The translations under genes were made by a program, and so were the position numbers. Under the pieces are notes generated by a model. That model saw nothing but the letters and a program-made list of their open reading frames with translations, searched no databases and had not been told where the DNA came from. A DNA stretch of 64,000 bases from a virus (taxonomy: Duplodnaviria > Caudoviricetes). Of the stretch, positions 29,831-39,131 are shown piece by piece (position 1 is the first letter of the stretch; each line of letters opens with the position of its first letter). The stretch is taken from positions 2,744-66,743 of the IMG/VR virus record IMGVR_UViG_3300033067_001435. One strand, 5' to 3'.

Positions 29831-30845
29831 GACTATACTCTCCCTTCTTTATTTTAAGTCTAACCACATCCACGCTAACCCCCAATTCTACTGATAACTC
29901 TTTTATAGTACCATAAACTCGTCCAGTTACATGGTCTATAACTTTTTTAGCATTTGGGTTTTTAGAACCTGATTTATCCCACCTACCTACATTAGTGTAG
30001 TCTTTTTTTAATCCCTTTAAGTGGTCGGTATTTTCTAACTTTCGTCCCCTTAGAGTATTTCCTATTTTTACTCCTGCGCACTTTTTGCATACACAACTTA
30101 AATTATGACTATCTAATACACTGCTCCTTGTTGTGTAGTACATCACTGTGTTACAATTTGGGCAGTGTCTTGAAAATTTTTTATTATTAGTTTCTGAAAC
30201 CCTACTAACTCCGTCAGGTAGTGGCCACCTTTTTAACGAGATTACTCTATTTATTTCTTTTATTTTCATCCTTCTATCCTCAGATACTGTGTATTTTTTA
30301 CCGTAGTTTGGATTTCCACTACCTTTCATTCTTTCAGAGTGTTTTTTGTTTTGTTGCTCACTGTGTATTCTGTTAGATTGTATGCTACTTATTTTATTTT
30401 TAACTTCCTCAGTATGTTTTTTACCATACATAGGGTTTCCCTCACCAATCATAGCATCCTTTGTATATTCATTGGCTGATTTCCAGAAATCTAATAAATA
30501 AGTTTCAATATTCTCTCCAAAAAGCCTTTTCAAGGTTCTTCTTGCGACTCTTCTTATTAAGTTCCCAGATGAAATATTATACTTATACTCGTTTGATTTT
30601 CTATCAAAACACTCAGCAAGTATAATATGTGCTTTAAAATGGTCTTCGGGTGTAAGTATGATAAAATTATCTGACTCATTACTCCCGCCCATGAAGACTG
30701 GGAGTATGTGATGCTTGTGTTTGGCATACGACTCTATGTCCTTTTGCCTGCACTCAAGCAAAAAGTCTTCATAAGGCTTTAGCCTATCAACATCATAACC
30801 GTTTTTTTGAAAATGCACTAACAAGGTACTTCCTCCAATTTCCAT
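29817..30845 (-). CDS. Free-standing HNH homing endonuclease with NUMOD3 and C-terminal HTH
   Basis: HKHHILPVFMGGSNESDNFIILTPEDHFKAH, GEGNPMYGKKHTEE, KVIDHVTGRVYGTIKE. Confidence 0.85.
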   Translation of the reverse strand: MEIGGSTLLVHFQKNGYDVDRLKPYEDFLLECRQKDIESYAKHKHHILPVFMGGSNESDNFIILTPEDHFKAHIILAECFDRKSNEYKYNISSGNLIRRVARRTLKRLFGENIETYLLDFWKSANEYTKDAMIGEGNPMYGKKHTEEVKNKISSIQSNRIHSEQQNKKHSERMKGSGNPNYGKKYTVSEDRRMKIKEINRVISLKRWPLPDGVSRVSETNNKKFSRHCPNCNTVMYYTTRSSVLDSHNLSCVCKKCAGVKIGNTLRGRKLENTDHLKGLKKDYTNVGRWDKSGSKNPNAKKVIDHVTGRVYGTIKELSVELGVSVDVVRLKIKKGEYSHGNA

Positions 30846-31093
30846 ATTAATTTCCTTATAAATATCGGAATTTTAATATTGAACTGACCTTCTATCTGTT
30901 TTCGGTTTCTTGGTCTTGGAAGGTAGTTGTATTTATTTTCCTTTGCTTCAACTAAAGGTTCACTACACTCAAATTCAAAATTAAATAATTCTCTATATTC
31001 TATTTTTGGTTTTTTGACTGATGTATGAAAGTACTTCTGTGGTTCGAACCTTTGTTGGGGAATTCCAAATAAAGTAGCCTTTATTTTTGTCAT
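30818..31093 (-). CDS. Hypothetical protein
   Basis: 91 aa between gp25-like gene and HNH. Confidence 0.45.
   Translation of the reverse strand: MTKIKATLFGIPQQRFEPQKYFHTSVKKPKIEYRELFNFEFECSEPLVEAKENKYNYLPRPRNRKQIEGQFNIKIPIFIRKLIWKLEEVPC
30857..30866 (-). promoter_or_regulatory. Candidate late promoter GATATTTATA
   Basis: Just upstream of HNH start 30845. Confidence 0.4.
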
Positions 31094-31575
31094 GTTATAC
31101 TATAACTTATTCTGCCACCTTTTTGAAAGAAGGCAATTGTTTTATTTGCACCAGACTCCGTAACTGAAAACGTTATAACGATTTGCAAGGCATTTTCTGG
31201 ATCACCATTTAATCCGGGAACATCTGCTTTTGGTCTTACATCAATGTCATGGTTTACAATATATGGTAGCCAAAATCCTGCTTGTCTATATATTTCTGAT
31301 TCAAGTTCTAACCTTAATGAATCTACATTTTGCTCAAATAGATAGAATTGAATTCCAATTCCGAATTCTGGCTGCATGTACCTTTCACCCCTCTTAGTTA
31401 AGAGTAAATTAATGTAATTACTTATAGCCTGTTCTTCGGTTGTCCTTGACATAGCAAAAAAACCGTCTGATGCACGATCAGAACGGCCATTCATAGGTAA
31501 AAGAACTCCTAAAGTTCCATTTGCATCATCTTCTGGGTAGTATTTAACTGGCATTATGATACTCCATCTAACCAA
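31090..31575 (-). CDS. Baseplate wedge protein (T4 gp25-like)
   Basis: NYINLLLTKRGERYMQPEFG...LFEQ...WLPYI. Confidence 0.85.
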   Translation of the reverse strand: MVRWSIIMPVKYYPEDDANGTLGVLLPMNGRSDRASDGFFAMSRTTEEQAISNYINLLLTKRGERYMQPEFGIGIQFYLFEQNVDSLRLELESEIYRQAGFWLPYIVNHDIDVRPKADVPGLNGDPENALQIVITFSVTESGANKTIAFFQKGGRISYSIT

Positions 31576-32099
31576 CTCATGTCTTCTTCATCACTACCTT
31601 CCATTGCCGCCAAAAAATTAGACCTTAATCTTGATTTTTCAACTGGTGCTTGAGTTTGGTTCTGCCCTTGGGCTTTATTTGATTTGAACATTCCAGAGTA
31701 GTCTCTATTCATTGCTTCCAGTACATGGTTTGCATTTCCTGCTGATGCCATTGGTCTGCCAGATGCATCTGTTGGAAGATTTATTCCAGCCTCAATGATT
31801 TCATTCATCATTGGGTCTTCGTCTTCTTTTGGTATTGGAGCACACTCCATTAAAATTGAGTTAAGTACTGGGTCTTTACTCAATGGTCTTTGTTGTGGTC
31901 TACTTACATGGAATTGGTTTCTGAAATTCTTTTGAACCTCAACCAATTTATTTGTTGACTTAGCCTCAACAGGACGTTGTTGAAGTCTTGACTGAGAGAT
32001 TGATCCCTCTGTTAAAAGTTGTTTTCTGAAAATATTTAATTCTTTCCTAACAACCTTTGTTATAATTTCAACTAAAATAGTTGCTTCTTTTTGGGTCAT
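31554..32099 (-). CDS. Hypothetical protein with IITKVVRKEL...LLTE leader
   Basis: 181 aa. Confidence 0.6.
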   Translation of the reverse strand: MTQKEATILVEIITKVVRKELNIFRKQLLTEGSISQSRLQQRPVEAKSTNKLVEVQKNFRNQFHVSRPQQRPLSKDPVLNSILMECAPIPKEDEDPMMNEIIEAGINLPTDASGRPMASAGNANHVLEAMNRDYSGMFKSNKAQGQNQTQAPVEKSRLRSNFLAAMEGSDEEDMSWLDGVS

Positions 32100-32111
32100 A
32101 GCCCATTCTCC

Positions 32112-32369
32112 TTATTTTATTTTCATGCGTTGATTTACAATCTCAACATACTTTCCGTCTGGTTGAAGTTGGCAGAACGTTGCCCAGTAGTTTCCTCTCC
32201 GATACAGTCTTTGAGTAGCAATGGTATCTAATGCCCACCTTTTAATGTCATCAAAAGTTCCACCATCTCCTGCCTTTAAAAACTCTTGCTTAAACTGGTC
32301 AGAGTCTTCGTAAAAAGATATTCTAATTGTTCCAGTGATGTCTGCGGATTCAAGTTCTAAGAAATGCAT
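32112..32369 (-). CDS. Hypothetical protein
   Basis: 85 aa directly downstream of a promoter. Confidence 0.6.
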   Translation of the reverse strand: MHFLELESADITGTIRISFYEDSDQFKQEFLKAGDGGTFDDIKRWALDTIATQRLYRRGNYWATFCQLQPDGKYVEIVNQRMKIK

Positions 32370-32397
32370 ATAGTTTCTGTTTAAGTGAATGATACAC

Positions 32398-32448
32398 CAA
32401 AGGTAAATACTATTTTGGTTTGCACAAGTTCATTAACAATTTAATAAC
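32398..32448 (-). promoter_or_regulatory. Host-type promoter cassette
   Basis: TTG-N19-TACCTTTG with ttaacaatttaataac box at 35-bp offset. Confidence 0.7.
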
Positions 32449-32449
32449 A

Positions 32450-33475
32450 TTATGGCATTTTAAACTTTTGAAAATCAGATGCTTGTAGTTGTACATATTG
32501 TGCTACTGATGTTGCTGTTGCTGTTGGTCCGGCTGCGGTTGAATACTGGGACTGTCCTTGAGCAAGTTTAACATCTTCACCTAACCATTTTTTCAACCAA
32601 TCCATCAGGTCATCAAGATCAACTTTGTATTTTTCAGTTTGTAACATTATTTTCTTCCCTGTTAATATAACCTTTTCTTTTCCTATTAGAAATAGACTAT
32701 CATCATTTGCATTTATTACAACACGTTTTGAATTTACAACTATTTGAGCAATTGATTTTTGTCCTAATTGTTTAACATCACTATTCTTATCAAAACCACC
32801 TTTTAATTTTGGTAAACTTTGTTGTGAAGTTAAATAAATACTTGACTCATCTTTACTTATATCTTCAATTTCATACTTCGTTCCATCGCCCTTTTGCTTT
32901 GCAACCCTAAGCAACATAATTGGATCAGTATTTTTAGTACCTTTCCAAGTTGGTTTCTTTGAATATACACTATCATCACCAAGTATCGTTGAACCTAACC
33001 TTATACTACTTCCGGTTCTACTCTCAAACAAATCATCGCCCTCGAAAGGTTGTAATCTGTCTAATGGAGTAGGGTCTTTTGGCCACGAATATCCGGGAGT
33101 TTCTTTATCAGAATTACGTTCTGCGCCTCCATTACTGACAGATGCTTTTCGTTTCCATAGTCTTGGAAATTGATGACTTACAATATCATCAGTACCATTT
33201 ACAGGACTGAAATATAAAAATCCAGAATCTTTAACCTTTGATGTTGACCAATCATTTACAGGACCAGTGATGACGTAAACAAGTTCCCCAATGTGTGGAA
33301 TACGTCTATTGAATACAGCAGGTCTACAGAAAATATTTCTTACTTGGCCAAGATTCGAGTCATGTGAGCCTATTCTTATTTGTATAGAGCCAAGTGGCAA
33401 CGGATCACCTGTATCTGGGTCTTTTTGATTTGGTTTAAACGCATATTTTGTTTCTACTACCTCACAAATAACCAT
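32450..33475 (-). CDS. Baseplate hub/central spike (T4 gp5-like OB fold plus beta repeats)
   Basis: IPHIGELVYV, LQPFEGDDLFESRTGSSIRLGS, IVVNSKRVVINA. Confidence 0.65.
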   Translation of the reverse strand: MVICEVVETKYAFKPNQKDPDTGDPLPLGSIQIRIGSHDSNLGQVRNIFCRPAVFNRRIPHIGELVYVITGPVNDWSTSKVKDSGFLYFSPVNGTDDIVSHQFPRLWKRKASVSNGGAERNSDKETPGYSWPKDPTPLDRLQPFEGDDLFESRTGSSIRLGSTILGDDSVYSKKPTWKGTKNTDPIMLLRVAKQKGDGTKYEIEDISKDESSIYLTSQQSLPKLKGGFDKNSDVKQLGQKSIAQIVVNSKRVVINANDDSLFLIGKEKVILTGKKIMLQTEKYKVDLDDLMDWLKKWLGEDVKLAQGQSQYSTAAGPTATATSVAQYVQLQASDFQKFKMP

Positions 33476-33873
33476 TAACCTTCTCCTGCTGAACTGCCCG
33501 GAATATTTTTAGCCTGCTTTACTGACTCCATCAACATCTTTCTTTCATCTGCTGAAATTAATGAATCATCAAGTCCAGTATCTTTTGCTTTTACAGTTTG
33601 TGCTCTCTGTACAATAGCAGCCATTTTAACGAGCATGTCGTCGTTTGCAATGGCTGCCTTCTGCATATCAACCAATATTGGCATCATCACTACCATGTCA
33701 CTAAGTGTCTTTGTTAATGACATTATTCTCTGTGCTGTTGCTGTTATGTTTGCATTCTTCTCTTCTGAGTTTACATAAATTTTCTTTAATACATCTTCAA
33801 AAGATACCTCTTCTCCATTATCAAGGGTAAATAAGGGAGTTGAATTCTTCTGTGATTTCATTGTGGATTTCAT
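33475..33873 (-). CDS. Hypothetical helical protein
   Basis: 132 aa. Confidence 0.6.
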   Translation of the reverse strand: MKSTMKSQKNSTPLFTLDNGEEVSFEDVLKKIYVNSEEKNANITATAQRIMSLTKTLSDMVVMMPILVDMQKAAIANDDMLVKMAAIVQRAQTVKAKDTGLDDSLISADERKMLMESVKQAKNIPGSSAGEG

Positions 33874-34630
33874 CCGGTTCCTCTTCGTTTGGACAGTGTA
33901 TCAAGTAATTGTCCCAATTAACTACACCATTCTTTTGATATTCTGCATACATTGCTTTTTGTAGAGGCTTCATAACTTTGATTACATCTGTAATGTATTG
34001 AGTTTTAACATCTACCTGTTCTCTAACCATTATGTATAGAGCCTTTTTATTATAAATATCCAGACTTTTTACATTTTTAAACAAATTGAATATTGCCTCT
34101 GCGATTTGTTTTTCTCTATTTGTCAAAAATAAATGGTCTAAATGAGATATACCCCACTCAGACCATTTATAGCAAAAGTCTTCTAAATCTTCTAAATGTT
34201 CACTATTTGTGACTTCATTAATCACATTCCTTTTTAGGTCTATTTCCTCAATATCCCCTTTAAATTGTCTTTCCTCTTTTATCTTTTTCATTTCTGCCCA
34301 TATCCAGTTTATAGATATGCGATTGAAATAAGAAAAGGCTGAACCTTTGGATAGATTATACTTTTCTAATCTTGAGTGTAGGTGTATTACACACTCATGC
34401 TTCTTATCTTCGTATGTGTTGTATCCATGCTCGTGGAATTTTTTAGCATAAATTTGATTTTCTGCTAATTTATTTAGTGCTGGATAAATTACATTTGTAA
34501 AAACTCTCTCTCTATGGGTTGGATTATCAGATGTATTATACTCTACAATCGCCTCTTCGACATGCTGCCCGAAGTACATAATGTTATTATTGTTGTTTTT
34601 CAGAACCTTCCTCCTCTTCTGTTTCGACAA
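33821..34630 (-). CDS. Phage RNA polymerase sigma factor (probable late sigma)
   Basis: Region 2-like ECVIHLHSRLEKYNLSKGSAFSYFNRISINWI; C-terminal HTH-like segment. Confidence 0.7.
   Translation of the reverse strand: MSKQKRRKVLKNNNNNIMYFGQHVEEAIVEYNTSDNPTHRERVFTNVIYPALNKLAENQIYAKKFHEHGYNTYEDKKHECVIHLHSRLEKYNLSKGSAFSYFNRISINWIWAEMKKIKEERQFKGDIEEIDLKRNVINEVTNSEHLEDLEDFCYKWSEWGISHLDHLFLTNREKQIAEAIFNLFKNVKSLDIYNKKALYIMVREQVDVKTQYITDVIKVMKPLQKAMYAEYQKNGVVNWDNYLIHCPNEEEPDEIHNEITEEFNSLIYP
34051..34060 (-). promoter_or_regulatory. Candidate late promoter GATATTTATA (inside sigma gene)
   Basis: Exact motif ~180 nt upstream of the 33873/spike genes. Confidence 0.3.
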
Positions 34631-34940
34631 GCCTTAACTTCTCTTTTACGTTTTCAATAGCCGCCATTATGACTCGAAAAGCAAATCCAACTTCATCATC
34701 TGAACTGAAACTGCCTCTCTTATCAATTCGAACAAGTTCTTGGTAAGTCTGTGTGAATAATTCCAGAAAGTATTTGTGATACTTAATGGCCTCGTCTTCT
34801 ACTGATCCAATCTTATTACTATAAATTTGAATCGTTTCTTCAAACATATCATTTTGAGCAATTAAATTTCTTATTACAACTGCTGCCCCTATTAAAAGAC
34901 TTATCAAAATGAATATGATTATTATTAATACTGTTGTCAT
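34587..34940 (-). CDS. Membrane-anchored coiled-coil protein
   Basis: N-terminal hydrophobic helix. Confidence 0.6.
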   Translation of the reverse strand: MTTVLIIIIFILISLLIGAAVVIRNLIAQNDMFEETIQIYSNKIGSVEDEAIKYHKYFLELFTQTYQELVRIDKRGSFSSDDEVGFAFRVIMAAIENVKEKLRLVETEEEEGSEKQQ

Positions 34941-34954
34941 TTATTTTTTCCTAT

Positions 34955-35734
34955 TCATATTGCATCTGGGAATAATTTTGAAAAAGTGCTTAAAAGATTA
35001 CTATTACTTCCACTTGGTTGAGTTTTTACATCTACTTGAGGTTTAGCCTTTACTGTTGAAGTATTAAAATCAAACTTTCCTGTAGATGTTGCCCAACGTT
35101 CAAATTCGAACCTTGCTGCCATTAAATCTGCATGATGTAGTATTAACCCCATTGTGTTTTTTAATTTCTTGTCAAGGTCATATGATACTAAATATGGTTT
35201 ATTTGTATCATTGTACATACCATCTGTCAATTGGATGCCATACATTTCATTTTCTGAGTATTGTATTCCATAATGTTGCAACATGAAAAAGGTTCTATCA
35301 GTACTTTCCATGTATGCTAACTTTGGATTTGTAGCATATACTTTACCTTTACCCCTTGACCAAGATTCTTTATTAGTTATATAAAATTCTCTTCCTTCGC
35401 CCGGCATACCTAATTTACCTAAATCGTGCTTTAAGGCTGCAAATGATAGTTCTTCAACTGTAAAATTATCAACAATCATTCCAGAACCTTTCCAAAGGTC
35501 GTAATGTTTTATTGTATTATTATACACTCTCAATACATGATCAATATATCCACCCGGTATAGCGTTATGAAAGTAATCAAAACTTGATGCAGGAGCAGTT
35601 ACAATTCTCTCCTCAAGTTCATCATACATCCTATTCATTGAATTTTTACGACTTGGAGAAATTTCATTTATAATTTCTCTAAATGTGTTCCAATTAGATT
35701 GGATTTGTTTTGCTGATAAAACGAATTCTGACAT
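34955..35734 (-). CDS. HD-domain phosphohydrolase
   Basis: PASS...HNAIPGGYIDHVLRV, ALKHDLGK, LHHAD. Confidence 0.8.
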   Translation of the reverse strand: MSEFVLSAKQIQSNWNTFREIINEISPSRKNSMNRMYDELEERIVTAPASSFDYFHNAIPGGYIDHVLRVYNNTIKHYDLWKGSGMIVDNFTVEELSFAALKHDLGKLGMPGEGREFYITNKESWSRGKGKVYATNPKLAYMESTDRTFFMLQHYGIQYSENEMYGIQLTDGMYNDTNKPYLVSYDLDKKLKNTMGLILHHADLMAARFEFERWATSTGKFDFNTSTVKAKPQVDVKTQPSGSNSNLLSTFSKLFPDAI

Positions 35735-35746
35735 TGTTATTTTGTT

Positions 35747-36013
35747 TTAAATTGTCCAGCCATCTACTGGGATTAGTGTGTTGTAAGATTCCATGTGAAT
35801 TTCTGCACAGGGATTTGATATTTTATGTTCGATTGTTAATTTATGATTCATTTCGTCAATAATGGACTTATACTCATCATCTGTTATCTGAAATGCATCT
35901 CTTAAAGATAAACTTAATCCACACGCTTCTCTCCATTCATAACCATCATCAGATTTAATGGCTCTGTATTCGAGAAATTTTATTGTGTCTAAAATTAATT
36001 CTTTTGTTAGCAT
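35747..36013 (-). CDS. Hypothetical protein
   Basis: 88 aa. Confidence 0.55.
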   Translation of the reverse strand: MLTKELILDTIKFLEYRAIKSDDGYEWREACGLSLSLRDAFQITDDEYKSIIDEMNHKLTIEHKISNPCAEIHMESYNTLIPVDGWTI

Positions 36014-36015
36014 GT

Positions 36016-36546
36016 TTATAACGTTTTTGTTTCTATTCCAAGTAGTTGAAGTTCTGATATTGGTAATAAAGTACCTTCACTTAACTTCCAATACTCATCA
36101 ACGAACCTTTGCATGAATGATTTAAAAGATTTTGGACTTAAAAGGAAGTTCTTCATGGTATCATGTAACTTTGCCCTTGAGTACATTACTTTTGATTGAC
36201 TATTTACATGAACCTCATTCTCTAAGAAGAGGTGTATGAAATCAAAGTGTATAATGCCTCTAAAAGCGATAAGGATTGGCTGTGTGACATCTTTAAGGTA
36301 ATCAGCGAACAACCCGGCATCTTTAGAGCAAACATTGCCACAAACCAAATAAATGGGTAATTCATAGTCATCTGGTTTATTCATTAAAACTTCCCGAACC
36401 TTTGATGACATTGAAAATAATGTTTGAGGTTCAGACATATCAATCTCAAGCATTGATTCTACTTGTTCTGGATATGGATTAATGAATACAGTTTTATCAC
36501 CAGTTACTGTTCTCTTATCTTCATCGTATAAACTAAATGGCTTCAT
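36016..36546 (-). CDS. Hypothetical protein, possible degenerate ClpP fold
   Basis: LPIYLVC...FADYLKDVTQPILIAFRG...SKVMYS pattern; start moved from 36567 (overlaps promoter). Confidence 0.55.
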   Translation of the reverse strand: MKPFSLYDEDKRTVTGDKTVFINPYPEQVESMLEIDMSEPQTLFSMSSKVREVLMNKPDDYELPIYLVCGNVCSKDAGLFADYLKDVTQPILIAFRGIIHFDFIHLFLENEVHVNSQSKVMYSRAKLHDTMKNFLLSPKSFKSFMQRFVDEYWKLSEGTLLPISELQLLGIETKTL

Positions 36547-36556
36547 TTTATTTTCC

Positions 36557-36588
36557 GCAAGGTACAATATGTTTTCATATTTACCAAA
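36557..36588 (-). promoter_or_regulatory. Bacteroidota-type promoter
   Basis: TTTG-N20-TACCTTGC. Confidence 0.6.
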
Positions 36589-36654
36589 TTTATCTGTTAT
36601 TTTTTTTCCATGCTTCTAATTCTTGATGAGACATCATCTTAATTTCCGAATCAC

Positions 36655-37815
36655 TTAGAATTTTTTTTTACTTAAACTCTCTGATAGATGTTTTTCTAAA
36701 TCTTCTGTGAGTGTTCTATCTACTACTTTTCTCTTTCTTGGCTTCTTTTCTTGAACTGGAATCTTAACTTCATTTGGAAGTGTTTCTATTACTGATTCAA
36801 TTGGTTTTGGCTCTTCTGAAAAATGATCTGGTTCTAAACCTTCTATTTCAATATTGAAAGTTTTAGGATAATCCATTTCAGTTTCATCAGGTATTTTCTT
36901 TTCCCTTTTCTTTCTAACTTTTTTTACAGGAAGTACCACCTCTTCAACCATTGGAGGAATAGGCTCTTCCTCCACTTCAACAACTGGTTCTTTTACCTTC
37001 TCTTTAACCTTTTCCTCAATATTACCAAAGGCAAATAAAGCAGTCAATATTAAAGCAATTGAAAGTGGTTGGAATACAATCATTATTATTAACATAAACC
37101 AATTAACTACAGTAATCATAGATAGTCCTGTTGCTTCTGATGTATGTTTCAATGCACCAAGTTCTACCGAAACTTCATTACTGGCTTGAATTTCAATTAT
37201 CTTTAAATCATATGTTGAAATGGAATCATTAAGATTGTCTATCTTCTTTGATAGATCAGTACTAATTGCTGTGGAGTTATTTAGTTCTGATTGAACTCCT
37301 TTTTTTGAAGTAGATTGTATTTGAGTTAATACATTACCTCTTTTATCTACTGTTTGATATTGGTTATCTGTAGATAATGATTTTCTTAAATTGGAAATAG
37401 AACTGTTAACTTCTTCTCTCTCTTTTTTGTAATCATTTAATTGAACCTCAAACCTTTCTTTCTTTTTCTTAACTAATTCGATCCTCGATTCAACTATTTT
37501 GTCTTTATTGTATGTCATCTGATAACCATCAGATAAAAATCCATAAATTCCAATAGATGTAATTACAGATAACACAATAACTGCTGAACAAAGATAACCT
37601 CTTAGTAATTTTGGAAGTTTATCCCAATATATTTTCAAAGCAGATGCAGTAACTATATTTCCAAGTTCCAATGAAAATGCCATAAAGGTAGCACCTAACT
37701 GATGTCCTGCAAAAATTCTACCAATTCCGTAAATTGAATAGAATGATCCAATTACAGAAACAAATAATGCTGAAATTAAAATTATATATGGGAAAATTAC
37801 CTTTAGTCTATTCAT
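36655..37815 (-). CDS. Multi-pass membrane protein with long coiled coil
   Basis: Three N-terminal TM helices, coiled coil, further TM, acidic/Pro-rich tail. Confidence 0.7.
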   Translation of the reverse strand: MNRLKVIFPYIILISALFVSVIGSFYSIYGIGRIFAGHQLGATFMAFSLELGNIVTASALKIYWDKLPKLLRGYLCSAVIVLSVITSIGIYGFLSDGYQMTYNKDKIVESRIELVKKKKERFEVQLNDYKKEREEVNSSISNLRKSLSTDNQYQTVDKRGNVLTQIQSTSKKGVQSELNNSTAISTDLSKKIDNLNDSISTYDLKIIEIQASNEVSVELGALKHTSEATGLSMITVVNWFMLIIMIVFQPLSIALILTALFAFGNIEEKVKEKVKEPVVEVEEEPIPPMVEEVVLPVKKVRKKREKKIPDETEMDYPKTFNIEIEGLEPDHFSEEPKPIESVIETLPNEVKIPVQEKKPRKRKVVDRTLTEDLEKHLSESLSKKKF

Positions 37816-37979
37816 AGATATAGTTTGGGCATTAACTTAAAGTTATTTTTAAACTTTTAAGTTTTAGATTTGTTTAATTAATTACTTTAATAACTCAAGC
37901 AGTGCCTGCTTTCGTGGACGAAATTAAAAATTTCGATCCGTTGTATTAATTAAATACTTAATATTATTATTATATAATG

Positions 37980-38010
37980 CAAAGTTACAAGAAAAAATTA
38001 ACATATGCAA
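37980..38010 (-). promoter_or_regulatory. Bacteroidota-type promoter
   Basis: TTG-N20-TAACTTTG in AT-rich intergenic region. Confidence 0.65.
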
Positions 38011-38080
38011 TAGGTAGGGCTTAAAAAATGAGTTAACGATATGTTAAACATTAAAAAACTGCCCAATTTTAGGTATAAAA

Positions 38081-38124
38081 TACAAAAACCATCCACATAA
38101 TTAAACATGGATGGTTCTTTTTTT
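38081..38124. terminator. Bidirectional intrinsic terminator
   Basis: aaccatcca/tggatggtt stem flanked by A- and T-tracts. Confidence 0.75.
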
Positions 38125-38136
38125 GATGATTTGGTA

Positions 38137-38391
38137 TCAAAGACCTAATCTGTATTTTTGGAAAAAGACCGCTTTTGCTGTTTGACAAGTCTCAATGATC
38201 CTGTCCAATTCGGCTAAAGTGCATTCAAACTCCTTTTCTCCTATCAGGAGTTTACCGGCTTTTGTGTCTTGTTTTCTTGCCTCAAGAACTGCTTGAGATA
38301 CTTGGTTTACTTCAAAATCAATGGTTCCGAAATACGATCCAAACTTTTGTACTTTTTTTTGATCTATTGCATGTCGTTGATTAACGCTCAT
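38137..38391 (-). CDS. Hypothetical protein
   Basis: 84 aa. Confidence 0.6.
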   Translation of the reverse strand: MSVNQRHAIDQKKVQKFGSYFGTIDFEVNQVSQAVLEARKQDTKAGKLLIGEKEFECTLAELDRIIETCQTAKAVFFQKYRLGL

Positions 38392-38402
38392 ATTGAAAAT
38401 AT

Positions 38403-39131
38403 TTAGTCATTATAACTGCCAATATGGACAGTCAACTTGTAAATATCTTCTAATAATGTATAATCTAATGTAAACCTAACATCTTTAGGTAAATGTAAAA
38501 ACAATTCCTCAAAAGGATAATCTAAAAACCATTCATTTCCATCCATATTTCTCGCTAAAATGAAAATAACTGCTGTTTTTGTAGTAGAAATTGCGTGATT
38601 TAAAGTTTTGTTAAAATATTCCCATTTATCAAAACCATGAATTTCATTTAAGGTTCCAATGCAAATTGTATAGTCAGTGACTATGTTTGAATTGAAAAAA
38701 TCTCCATGAATTAAATTAATATCAGGAGATTTTTGTTTGCCTACTGATATTAAACTTCCTTTAGTTTCAAATCCAAAATATTGAACATCTTTTGAATAAG
38801 GTAGTGATCTATAAAAATCACCTCTACCTGCTCCAAAGTCTTTAATAGAGTAATTTGAATAAGGCAAACCTTTTAGAACCCAATCATAAATCTGCTTTTG
38901 CATTTCAAGGTCTGGATAACCAACAACCTCTGGATCATTCATTAGATAGTCCGGCAACTGTAACTGATTATTTATATTGTCAACTGGTAATGCTTCATCT
39001 AATCCATCATCTTCATAAGGTTCATTATTTTCGATAGTTAAACCATCTGTAGTTAGTTTAGTATAATACTTTACCTTTTCACTTGATTTAACCATTTCTT
39101 TTGTATCTTGTAATAAATCTTCTAATTTCAT
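38403..39131 (-). CDS. Class I SAM-dependent methyltransferase
   Basis: IKDFGAGRGDF, YFGFE, IHGDF, DYTICIGTLN. Confidence 0.75.
   Translation of the reverse strand: MKLEDLLQDTKEMVKSSEKVKYYTKLTTDGLTIENNEPYEDDGLDEALPVDNINNQLQLPDYLMNDPEVVGYPDLEMQKQIYDWVLKGLPYSNYSIKDFGAGRGDFYRSLPYSKDVQYFGFETKGSLISVGKQKSPDINLIHGDFFNSNIVTDYTICIGTLNEIHGFDKWEYFNKTLNHAISTTKTAVIFILARNMDGNEWFLDYPFEELFLHLPKDVRFTLDYTLLEDIYKLTVHIGSYND

Noticed and set aside
37816-38136. Second group I intron
   Set aside because: No P4/P7 core sequences, and the flanking ORFs are complete.
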